DNA of 63,051 nucleotides, the filler included, from Perkinsus chesapeaki ATCC PRA-425 (Eukaryota; Protista; Perkinsozoa), in assembly GCA_013115145.1 (NCBI GenBank). It is 4 parts of 4 records of this genome, joined end to end, with 100 filler letters (N's around TTAATTAATTAA, not from the genome) between each part and the next. Parts side by side here need not be neighbours in the genome. Positions count along the whole stretch, not along the records: positions 30,230 to 59,879 come from JAAPAO010000452.1; 3 more parts are not named here. One strand, 5' to 3'. The notes under the pieces are model-generated. The model was given only the letters and a program-made list of their open reading frames with translations, did not search any database and was not told the origin of the DNA. Every line of letters begins with the position of its first letter. Position 1 is the stretch's first letter. The position numbers were made by a program, and so were the translations under genes. Below, in pieces: positions 33,337 to 45,300 of the stretch.

Positions 33337-33783
33337 TTGTATTTCCTTCTTCATTGGGTGTATGTTACTATTGATAATACTTCCTCAGGGCAGGCAGCAG
33401 CAGTATTCGACGACCTAGCTGGGTGTGATGTTGGTGTGCAAACGGATGCTATGGGAGAGCTGGATCGTTTAAGAACAGAACTAGCATTTGAGAGACGTCG
33501 AGCTATAAGTCTTGAGCGGCAATATACCAGGTTATATAGGGAGTCGGTGGGAAAGGTCGCGGGTTCGAATCCTGGCTGGAACATTTTTAAACAATTTTAT
33601 CTGATCGTACTAGTTGCAGAGTTGAAAATTATTGCTTGTTCTATTAGGTCTGAAGTTGATCGCCTCGATATGATAGCTCGTAATAATACTCTAGAAGTTG
33701 AGATACGCCGGTTGGAGCAGCAACTGGCACATAACAGGGACTTCCACTGTATCCAAGCGACCAGGGAAAGTAGTAGGACATAG
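33337..33783 (+). CDS. Hypothetical coiled-coil exon(s)
   Basis: DVGVQTD...LDRLRTELAFERRRAISLERQY...SEVDRLDMIARNNTLEVEIRRLEQQL. The middle AT-rich part is probably an intron. Confidence 0.4.
   Translation: MYFLLHWVYVTIDNTSSGQAAAVFDDLAGCDVGVQTDAMGELDRLRTELAFERRRAISLERQYTRLYRESVGKVAGSNPGWNIFKQFYLIVLVAELKIIACSIRSEVDRLDMIARNNTLEVEIRRLEQQLAHNRDFHCIQATRESSRT
33554..33583 (+). pseudogene. tRNA 3'-half fragment (3' end resembles Val), probably intronic
   Basis: AGGTC-GCGGG-TTCGAAT-CCTGG-CTGGAAC-A-TTTTT. Confidence 0.75.
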
Positions 33784-36390
33784 TTGGAAGGAAAAGAGTG
33801 GTAGGATTTCAGGCATAGAAGGAGCACTGAGGAGGGGGGCGGAATCTTTATTGAGTGGAGGGCCGCATATAGTGTTGTCTATGAGGGTAGTAATGGTATT
33901 ATGGCATCAGCGGTGCTCTGTGGCTTTGACAATAGCCTTGTAGCTACTATGGTACTAGCTAATATTTACTATTGTTTCACAAGTTGGGAATATAGTAAGT
34001 CAGTAGGCGAATTGGAAAGATAAAGAATGATTCCTGGTGTGGCTGCTGGAACCGTTACGGTTCAATTTTCTTGGCGCGCAAGAAACAATATGGCTTGATT
34101 GAGTTATGCGGCATGCTCGAGCCGAAGAAGGGTCGGAGATGAAACTTGGCGAGCTAATGATTGTTTGGAAACTTGATCTCGCCTTCCAACGTTAATACTT
34201 CCAAAGGCGCCATTACAGAATTTAAGAAAGCTCAAGATAGATAATAAGAGACCTACATTACTGTATACAAGTGAACATGTCCATAGAGGAAATAAAGTAT
34301 GTATTCACACTGGGGACGAGTGTGCAATAAGATAAAGTGTACATGGATTAACGAGAATGATGGATATAAACGTGACAGCTTCTAGCTAAGTGTCTACGTA
34401 GCGTTATGGTTGTTGTACTCCTCTCTGAATCATATTATTGAAGTTCTCAGAACTTGACTTGGAGAATATGATAGTCAGGTTGAAAGTGCGAGGTCAGCTG
34501 GCGTAAATCGTGGCGATTACTGTTGGGTTGAGATAAGAATATCTTTTGGAGAAGGAGGTCGATTGGTGGCTGCCGGAAGGACACATCAGGAAGTCTATAA
34601 TGAAGGGGAGGTTCACTTTGGTGGTGTCGAGTTGGAGATGGCATGCAATGGTAGTGTCACGTGGGAGTGGCAGTGCGGCTTTCAACCGCGATATGCCAAA
34701 TGCCAGGCTGAAATATATTCGAGACTTCGCAGGTTTTGGGTATGATGAGTTGAATAGTTTTGGTTTCGGGGACTGTCCGTCTCTCCGGATCGGTTTTAAA
34801 ATCGAGTACGTTTGTGGATGTGAAGTAGATCAGAGTCGTACCTGTCTAACATTTCTCCTTTGTTGGTATTGTACGTCTCCTTAGTCTTGCCGAAGTTAGC
34901 ATCCTTATCTCATTCCTTGTTGAAAATGGTATTATGTATTTGGGGTAAAGCAAAGGGCGGAGAGAAGGCCTATTTGGTGGAGAAATCGGAGAAGTGGGAG
35001 CCTATAACGACACATGAGGATCCTAAAACGTAGTAGTCTGGTGGCATCGTGGTTATATAGGAAAAGCTCTTATAGGAATTCCGTAAGCATTTGATATTGG
35101 GTAGTTATATGCGTACAGTTCTCATCATTGAGAAGTATTAATATTTTTAAATGTATGTTAATGCTCACGTAATGGTAGTGTAGTGGGAGCGTGGTGAATA
35201 AGAGCTGCAAAGTGGCTTCACCGTATAAATTAAGTTGGAGAAAGCATTGGATGAGCCAATGCCTTTTCGAACTGATCTTTTCCGATATAAAATTGCGTCT
35301 TCATATCGCTGAAATTATCGCGATATTTAATATCGCCTTTTCCGGTAGCCTATTTTTTCCGGTAAATAAACTGTACCTGCGTCAGGCTTGAAGGCGTGTA
35401 CAGGTACAATCTCTCAATAATTATACATAAAGTATTATTAATGTGTAGTATAATTATTAATATAAAGTATATTGATTACACTGGACACGAGGTTGAACGG
35501 TATTATGAGCTTTGAACTACAACCGTAGATATGGTCTTAATTATTATGGGCAATCTTGGGCAGTTGTATAAATGTATTTCGGTTCTCCGTGCATGACTTC
35601 GGCGTCTAGCGCACATGGGATTGGTATGGAAACACAAAGTTCGTAATGCCAAGTTTTGTCGCTTGTGAGAGATGTCTGGTAAGTTGGTATTAAGGTACTT
35701 CTTGGAAAATGCAGGCGATGTTGTTTTGAGTCACATCCATGCTCGTATTGCCGATTAGTTAGTATGACGCTAGACTTCCAGGTGGAGGTAGTAGGCGTGA
35801 TGACAGTGATGATGATGATAGCATCGTAGCAGCTCCGTTATGACTACATTCTCCCTGTGCTTGTGTTTGTGTAGCTCTGGCATGTACTTTCATCGACTGG
35901 TTCATCATATAACTATATATCGTTACAAGAACAGACTTGTGGACATATTCTGCATGTTGGTGATAATGAGGAGGAGGAGGAAGTGTTGTTGAGTTTCGTC
36001 GGAGAATGTGTTGTTGAGTTTGTGGTGTATTGGTGGTATGATATTCATCAGTAGTAGTTGTTGTTTGTCGTCTTGATGGCGAACATAATAGAGAGGATAT
36101 CTTCCTGGACGGGAGGTAGTAGTATTATTGGGAAAGCACGCTGGTTGTGACATTGCTGTTATGCTGGTTGTTGATGTCTCTTTTGCTCAATTCTTCTAAT
36201 TTCCAAGTGAACGTTTGAACTGACTAATAGGGGGCAAAGATTATTGTATTCAAAAGATGAAGGATTTAGTATGTTATATAATATGTATGTAATAAGTTTA
36301 GTTATAATTGTATAATAAGTATGTATATTATTACAATCAATAATATCATACTAATACTCGGTATTCGGCCACTTGGTTCGTTCATGAGTT

Positions 36391-39300
36391 GTTTTCGCAT
36401 CACTCGAACTTCGAGTCGCAGAGAAAAAGCTTGAGGTTGTCGCACCTCGGGAGCCATTGTATTTTAGTCAGCAGGCCTTTGGTTTCTTAAGTGAACCCTT
36501 CTGGTAGAAATAGGATCCCTGGAAACTAGATAGATTCATTTTCGATGAATCATACTGGTATTATTATATAACAATATATTACAGCTACTGCTACAAGGGT
36601 TTCGTAGTAGATATATCTATAATGTGATATTTTATGTCGTTTTTTCCCTCAGGTGGGAGTGATGATGAGCATACTCTCACCACCTTACGAGAGCTGCTAT
36701 CAGCGGTAACAGCCCCGAATAGTGCAGTGCATGGCGAGGATCTTATTAAAGGGGTTAAGCTCTGTTTTGAGGTGAGAGAAAGATATTTTTATATCAACTG
36801 AATGACTTGTTACAGGTTCACCGATCGCCGAAGTCGTCGGAGTTGGCGCAGAGGACAGCGCAGGCGGTACTAACCCAAATACTGCATGCCACTGTACAGA
36901 GGGCCGAGATGTCTCCAGGTGATATTATAGCTGAGGCGCAGAAGGTAATAAAGAGGGGTGCTCAACGCTGATGTATTGGTGACGGGTTGAAGGTGGTTTA
37001 AAATATGGTGAAGGTGTTAAATTATAAAAATCAGAGTCAGAGTGTTGAGATTGATAATTGTCTGGTTTATGTGGTATTCTGATGATGAGGTGATAATGTT
37101 GGATTTTCCATACATGGTAATTTTACTCAAAGCGGGATATATAATTTTTAACCGCGCAATTTTCGACGGTTTCATATACATTTACTGGGCAAATGAGATA
37201 TGCATGATCATTGGAACTAAGATAGTTTGAAGACCAGTGACGAGAATTCGAATAATATTGAGAGAGTAATCGAAAAGGATTGGTAGGTCGTATAATTTTG
37301 TAACTGTGATATATAGTGCTCCTGTCGATTAGCGTTCTCTCAGGCGAAAGCGGCATCGGTGGATGAGTCTACCACAAGAGAGCCGAGTCCATCAGCGTCA
37401 CCATCATCGAAGGAGGACAATATGTCTGAAGGGGGAAGGGAGAGGCAGGCGGAGGAGTGGATTGATAGTCAGGTAGTGAGGCAGGGTCGAGACACTCTGC
37501 GACTTGTACTTAGCAAATATAAAAAACAGCTACTTTCCGTTTACAGCTTCTAATTATAATGGTTCTCGCCTTTCTTTTGCCCCTCTCACTGGATGTGCAA
37601 TTTGAGTGTGGCATTTTGGGAATTTGTGAGTGAAATATAATGAGGGGGAAGAGTGTTATTAAATATAATTACTAGACCGGATCAAACCACAGCGAGTGGC
37701 CGAGGGGTAAGGAAGAGGTGTGGTCTCTGTGACGCTTGCTGAGCTGAGGGGACAGTGCAATGATTAAGGGTCAATTAGAGGTGATTAACGTTGATGAATG
37801 ATAATATACAACACGCAGACGTTCTAGAAATAATAGCCCATAAAAACGTATAAGTCTAGCTGCTAAAATGTTGAAAGGTTCATTGTGAAGGAAACTGTTG
37901 TTAGTATTATTCTGAGAAGATTGAGGTAGAATTATGTTACCTAAGGGCAATTTTTTGCGCAGAAATGTACAACACAATTTGTCCCTTTTTTGTCAGGTTG
38001 GGCAATGGCTCGACGAAGCAGTAGCGAAGGTGGATCCTTCAGCCCCCAATGAGCGAGGCGAAGCCCCTAAGAAGTTTGGTTTTTGTATTGTGTGTCGGAA
38101 ACCGGCACCTCATTACTGTATAGACACTAAGGATCCGGTGTGCAGTAAAGCATGCAAGGAGATCAACTTGCAAAGGCGAAAGGTAACCATGGGAAGTAGA
38201 GTGTATTATTGCTGGTTGTTGAGTGCGTCAGGAAGTGAATTGTTTCATAGGGAGGCTCTGTTAAGCAGGAGAGGATATAGACGGAAACCTTAGGGAGTTC
38301 CCTTGTGGAATCTGTTGCACCTGGCGTTTGGTATGAATCGTGATAATAGCAGATTTTAGCAGGACTTTGTGTAATTTTTGTGTAAGATCATTTGGGCTGG
38401 TCAGTGGGCTGGCTAACAAAATTTCGTTATAAAATACGCATTTCTGGAAAAGAAGTCGCCAGCAGTTAAACAGCCTTTATTATTGTTATCAGGTAGTTGA
38501 CCACTGCCCTCCGATAGAGTCTGAGGAGGAGGGAGCCCCAACTCTGAGTAACGGGGAAAGATCACCTATTAATGACGGTGTAGATGTTGATGCCCGAATA
38601 GCCGTGTACCTGGATGATGCACTGAAGATCTTCTCAACGTTGTGTAAGTGGGGGGAATGCTCTTTTGTATTGAGTACATTGCTTACCGGTTTAATAACGT
38701 TCACGGGCGGTTTATAATTTCATACCGCTCTTTCCTCAACTTTTGTTGCTAATAATATACAGGAATCTTTTTCATAGGTACCATCTCCTTGTATGGTACA
38801 TTAGAGCCTCCAGCGGAAGGAGCCCAAGTGGACCCTTCCTCCACCACCGATCCCTTAGTAGGCATTCTATTTTCATTATTTCGATGAACATATTTCTATT
38901 TTGGATCAGGCTGTGAAGACGAAGCGTTTGAGTCTGGATATGGTCCTGTGCGTCATCAATGGTTCCGGTGATAATTTGAAGACAAACCCAGCATTTATTG
39001 AGGAAATAAAGTAGGTCGTGGGTTCGAACCCCGGCGGGGTCATTTTTCTTGACTTTTAGGACACGTTTGATGTACTCGATTCTGAGGAATTGTGTGTCTC
39101 CGGTGCCTAAGATTTTTACTTTGGCACTGCAAGTGTTCGTTGCTGTTGCGACCAATCCGGATTTAAAGGCGCACATCAGCACTCAGATAGGAGTGTTTGT
39201 GGAGGAAGTCTTCAAGCGAATATTGGACTCGGGCAACTCGAGCTATCAGCACAAGCATAGAGTCTTGCAGGTAGGAAAGATTATTACAACTTATCATTCG

Positions 39301-42300
39301 AAAAAGCGCGTGAATCTCTATTGCGTTCTAAAAATAACAGATATTTATCGGACGCTGGATTATTGATTACGAAGTGATTGTTGAAGTGGATGCGAATCTG
39401 GATAGTATATATAGCTGTGTTCTTCCGCCGTCATGCATATCCGTCCGTCTGCATCCCTGCAGGCTTTTTCTATGAGCATGAATAATATATACTTGTTGCT
39501 TGTGATACCAAATTGTCTCACTTCGATGATAGAAAGTTTAATATCGTAGGCCTGCCCGGACGGGAAGCTTTGAAAGTTCCAGGGGGGATTTTTACCACTT
39601 CCAGCAATACCGTGTCATTTAGTTGGGGCAAACCTGAGTCTTGTAATTATTGGTCTTTAGGTTTTCTACAAGCTCTGCACCGATGCCACCACTTCACTTG
39701 ACCTTTTCATGGAGTACGATTGTAGTGTGTCGGAGAGGAATGTTTTTGAAGGGTCCATTTCGACACTGGCAAAGATAGCACAGGGGGGCATTCAGAAGTC
39801 TGGAGGAGGCGATCTTCAGCCGGAGCAGGAGTCAAAGCTCCGAACGTTGGCATTGGAAAGCTTGGTGACGTTAACGGGGAGCATGGTGGAACTTTCTAAC
39901 AGGCCGATAGAGCCGGCAGGGGGGAGAGAGAAGTCATCGGAGGAGCAGGGATCGGAGGAAAAGGGGAATGACGTGACGACCGGGAGTTGCTCTGGCGGAG
40001 ATAGTGAAAGTGGAGGAGGCACGCCGAAGAATGCAATAAGCTCTGCAGTCAACGGCACGGCGAAATCGAGCGCGATCGTGGCAAAGGCCAGAAAATCCGA
40101 GCTTGAAGCGGGCGTGAGAAAGTTTAATATGAAGCCTAAAAGAGGAGTGGAGTATTTCGTGGCGCATGGGTTTTGTAACAGCGATCCTCAAGATGTGGCG
40201 AGGTTGTTGAAGAGAACTCGAGGGCTGAGCAAGACGGCTTTTGGCGATTATCTGGGAGAAGATGAACCATTTAACTTGCAAGTGATGTATTCGCTGGTTG
40301 AATCACACGACTTCAGGGGCATGGACTTGGTATCAGCATTGAGGGAGTTTTTGGAGGACTTCAGATTGCCGGGAGAATCTCAGAAAATAGACAGAATGAT
40401 GGAGAAGTTCGCCGAGCATTATTGCAAGCAAAATCCGGAGGCATATGCCAACGCTGACTGTGCCTATATACTGTCATTTTCACTGATAATGTTGAACACT
40501 GATCTGCACTCTTCGCAAGTGAAGAACAAGATGAGCTTAGATGACTTCAAGAGGAATAATAGAGGGATTAACGATGGCGCAGATATTCCGGACGCACACT
40601 TGGATTTCCTTTACAACGAGATCAAGAACAAGCCATTCTCGCTGGACGAGGACGAGGATCTTAGGTTGAAGCTTGCAAGTCAGCAGAAATCAGCAATGCA
40701 ACCATCGAGAAGGTTTGAATTGTTTATTAAAGAGACGGAATCTATTGTGGAGAAATCGAAGGAAATGCTGAGCAAGAAGCCGGAGGACCTGAGAGCAGTG
40801 CAGGATCCGCAGGAGTAAGGGTACCATATTGATCATAGCGTCACTCTACTGTACCTGCTGGGAACTTGTTTCACAATTTTTGTCTCGAGCATCCAATTTT
40901 TCAATGGAAAAATTGCTTTTTGTGGAATATTTCTGTCGAAATAATAGGGGGGCTAGAAGAATTATTTACTCGTTTTCGCGGGGTGGGGCTTTTCGAAGAG
41001 GAAGGAAGTTGCGGCAAGCTTAATAGTCCCACTGATCCTCGTGGAGAGCTCAGAAGGGCGTCCCGTGTATGCTCGTAATTGCTTATAATATTCTAAAATG
41101 TCCCGGTAGGATCGGAGTGTCTGCTGTGGCGTTTGGGCAATCGAATCGTGCCGAATGTTACCCGCTCTTCAGTAACATTCACGACGTGAACTTCACGTAA
41201 TATCTGATCAGGTATCTTGGGCCTATGTTCGAGGTCATGTGGGGTAGCATCCTCGGTACACTGTCACAGTTGATGAACTCTGAAGATGAATCTATTGAAA
41301 CGATAGAATGGTAAGAAGCAAGCTTCAACCTTAGATATCGTTCTTCTTTATAGGTGCGTGGAAGGCTTGAAGCACGCAGTCCGATTGTGTGCCAAGTTTG
41401 ATATGGAAACAGAACGAGAGTGTTTCGTCGCCATGCTGGCCAAGTAATTTTCTCGTCCTTTGCAAACGTTATTTTCCCTCCCAGATACACCGGTTTAATG
41501 AGGAGTCCATTCGATGCACCTGTTAGTACTAAAAACATTATGTGCATCAAGGCACTCTTGAGCCTGGCTAATAATGAAACTGACGGCGGTGAGGTTGTCC
41601 TGGGTAAGAAAACTGCCGAGCATTTGGCCCGCTCGAAAGAGCACTGAACAGAGATATATTTTAATGATATTTCTTCCTCCTGGAAGTTTTTCTTGCGGAA
41701 CGGGTCTTTGTTTTGGGATGCGCTAACCGAAGCATCAAATAGACAACCGTGGCCGTTCGGTGCTTTTTCAACTCGCCAGATTTTTCCCCTATGCCGATGT
41801 GTTTGACCAGGTCACTCTTGGAAGCATATCCTTCTGATGGCGTCCCAGATAGACAGACTGACTCTGTCAGCTAACCGGGCAAAGAGTGATTATGTCTACT
41901 TTACCAATCCAAATGGCTCTGAGCCTCAGAGGGTGAGTAATTGGGAATCGTTTTCATCGCGGCTACAGAAATGAAACGGAATAATCATGCCTCCTCCCTC
42001 TCACCGCCGCCGCCGCCGCACATATGCACCTTCCGAGGGTTAATTATTTATAATGTTATTAAAGGGAATAGTTTCTCATAATACATTACCTCTCGTTGCC
42101 TTCTTGCGGTGCGATCATCTCCATCATTATAATATTTTTCTTCGTGCTTTCCGGGTTGTTATTATTTGTTACTTTGATGTTTCAATTCTCAGCATACCCG
42201 GTCGAGCATGATGGGTTCGATGTTCGCCACACATTCCTCATCGACGTCGGCTCCTCATCTGGCGAGACAATGGGTAGGCACTGGAGTTAGTGTTATGATG

Positions 42301-45300
42301 AAACAACCGGAAGAACCATCGGAAGCCGAGATAAATGTAAGGAGAAATGCGCTGCCTGGGACTCGAACTCGCGGTCTCTGGGTCTGTGCTTGCCTACTCG
42401 ACGAATATAATGTGACCCTCTTCAGGCCAGTAAGGATTTAGTTGAAGGGCATCCTGAGATCGTTCCCGCGACCGACGCTATCTTCCAGAGGTACGTGGCT
42501 CCAGCCGTATGGCGTGACACCTCCAAATGCCCGTCTTCGTTAAACCTATGTTTATTTTTTTCAATTTGCACTACTCATTATGTCTTGGCTTGAATTGAAA
42601 TGCAAACTCGAAAATTCGAATTCAGAAATCGCCTCCAGCGAACTTGTTATCCCACACGCTTGCCGATCAGATTCACCCCTTGTTCAGGTCTATCAATCTC
42701 TCCAACGGTGAAATCATAGTGTTCGTTGAGGAGCTCTGCAGCCTCTCCTCGGCCGAGCTAGCGGTTGTCGACAACCCTCGAGTCTTCTGTTTGCAAAAAC
42801 TTGTCGAAGTCGCCGACATTAACATGTCCAATCGAATCCGTTTGGTTTGGTCTCGGATTTGGCGGGTGCTCTCGGCCCACTTTGCTCAAGTAGCCCAGAG
42901 CAAGAACCAGCAGTTGTCCATGTACGCAATCGACTCTCTGCGCCAACTGGCGTTGAAGTTCCTCCAGAAGGACGAGCTTTCGAACTATCATTTCCAAGTG
43001 GAATTCTTGCGACCGTTCGAAGCCGTGATGGCATCGTCGGAGAGCTCTCGAGAGGTGAAGGAGTTAATTCTGTCGATTATGGAGTCCTTTGTGGCCTCGG
43101 ACGTGACCCGATCAAATATGAAATCTGGTTGGAAATCTGTTTTCCATGTCTTATCGCTGGCGGCTACCTCTGGTGGTGACAAGGTTGTCGTTGAGATGGG
43201 CATGAGAATCGTCACCAGATTGCGGGAAGACTACTTCGACACTGTGTGTGTTGAAAATATGCGGGACTATGTCCGAGTGCTGGTGGGGTTTGCCCAGTGC
43301 ACTGCTGGGGGGTTGGAGGTATCGATGAAAGCGATGCAGTATTTGCAGGACTGCATAGGTAGGCTTAATACTTTCTCATTACCTTTAGTTGATACTCAAA
43401 TAAAGCGCGTAATTGATATTGGACGATTCGGGCGTCTTTTGATCATCGGTTCTACTCCCGCCATGCTAGTGTATGCAATGCAAGGGTATCACAATATAAT
43501 ATAGTTAATTGATTCCTGTCTTGGTGGTAGTTTTGCTCTACTAGGGAAAGATGTCTTCTCGGGATCGTCTACAAAATATCTTTATGCTGCGAGACTCGCA
43601 CAAATCAAGACTCCGAAGTTTACCCCCAGCAGGGTTATCTCTGGGCACTGTTCGAGCTCACCTTGAGCTCGTCGAGTGCATTCACTTCCTGTCAGATTAC
43701 CTGGCCGATCCAGACAACCAGCTGCCTCCTATCCAATCCTCGTATCAGCAGACTTTGATACCCGGAAGTAGGACGACTACTTCCTTTCACTTTTCATACG
43801 GTGAATTAGGCACGCCCCAGTCGGGATCGACATTGCCTACGACGGCTTCGCCGGGGAGAAGGGAAGTTGCGTTGGCGACGAGCGCACAGCAGCAGCAACC
43901 TGCGTTGCACTGGTTTCCGGTAAGGCTTTATGATCGTGGCTGATGGGAGGAGGGGACCGGCTTCCTCACTCCCACCAGGCATGCTTTGATTTACTCTGTA
44001 ATTCGCTGCGGAGGTATTGGTAATGGTCGTCATTTTTATTAATCTGGATAAAATATTGTTTGAAATTATAACCCTGATATGTTATCATCTCATTTTCAAT
44101 ATTAATACCCATAGGTCCCATTTGGATGCCTATATGCCCATGCTGTCATTTCTTCAGATCCTCCACGGTTTGGAAGTTCTGGTGTTCGACAGTCGAAGAG
44201 ATGTTCGCACCTCAGCGATCGATAAGCTATTTGACTGTCTAACCTCACAGATCGATGACTTTGACAATGATACTTTACTCATGATTTTCAATGGGGTAAG
44301 TCGACTTCGCCGGGGAGTCCAGGAAGCCAAGAATCTGTGCTACATCGGTGTTTATATGGTACATTATAACCTTGTCATTTCAAGCTCAGACATGCCGAAC
44401 TAACCGCGGTTCGATGAGCATGCTGCTCTTTAAGGTTTTTCGTGAGGACCATGCGCTCTTCTTACCCAGCTTACATTTTTCCGGAGAATGTCGAGTGTTG
44501 GAGGATGATTATTGTTGACTCAATAGCAATGATTAAACGGAATCATCAGTTTGAAAAAATAGTTACCAGTCGCACCTTCTTGGTTGTAAGTATAGTTGTT
44601 GCCTTCCAGGTACTGTCGCCTTTGTTCGATGACCTACTACATCTGCTAACCCCAGGCAATCGGCCGCCAGCCCCTCCAGCTGAGAGAGGCGCTACTGAGC
44701 AGGGTGTTACCAGCAGTAAGATGCATCTATACGGATACATTAACGCGCCGTAGAGACATAGTTTTTTGTCAAAGTGTAGTTGAACGAAGTAGTAGTAAGA
44801 TACTTTTTCGAAATTTATCACGTCCAAGTTCCGGCAATGTGAATTTCGTACCGCTCTTTTCTTTCAAATCCGTTTACGGGCATGTTTTTGCGAGGCTCGT
44901 GGAGAGAGATCTCATGGAAAGATAATCGTGTTAGCGCAGAGCAGGGTGGGCACGAACACATGTCTTGGACCCCTTGGACGATTCCACAACTATGCGCATT
45001 GTACTGTAATGAGCTCCGTTCGCCGCTGTGGTCGAAGGCCGGTATCCCACTTTGTGATAGACTATCATGCTTGCCTATATTCGTCCCTCAGGCACTTGCC
45101 TATCTGCAGTATCAGCCCTCACACGCTTGGTTGACAGACGATTCGATCGGTTGGGGTTCCTACTGCCGCAGGTCAGTTGGTCAGCAGCCCTCAGCTCCGA
45201 TACCCTGCCTTCAGGTCCTCACATTACTAGGAGCTTGCATTCATCATGAGAGTGAAGCTGTTGCTCGCATAGGTAACGTGCTTGTTATTAGCCTCCCATA

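Noticed and set aside
37692-37715. GAGTGGCCGAGGGGTAAGG, resembling a tRNA A-box
   Set aside because: Explained by an exon end plus a GTAAGG splice donor in the Sec7 gene. No downstream tRNA structure.
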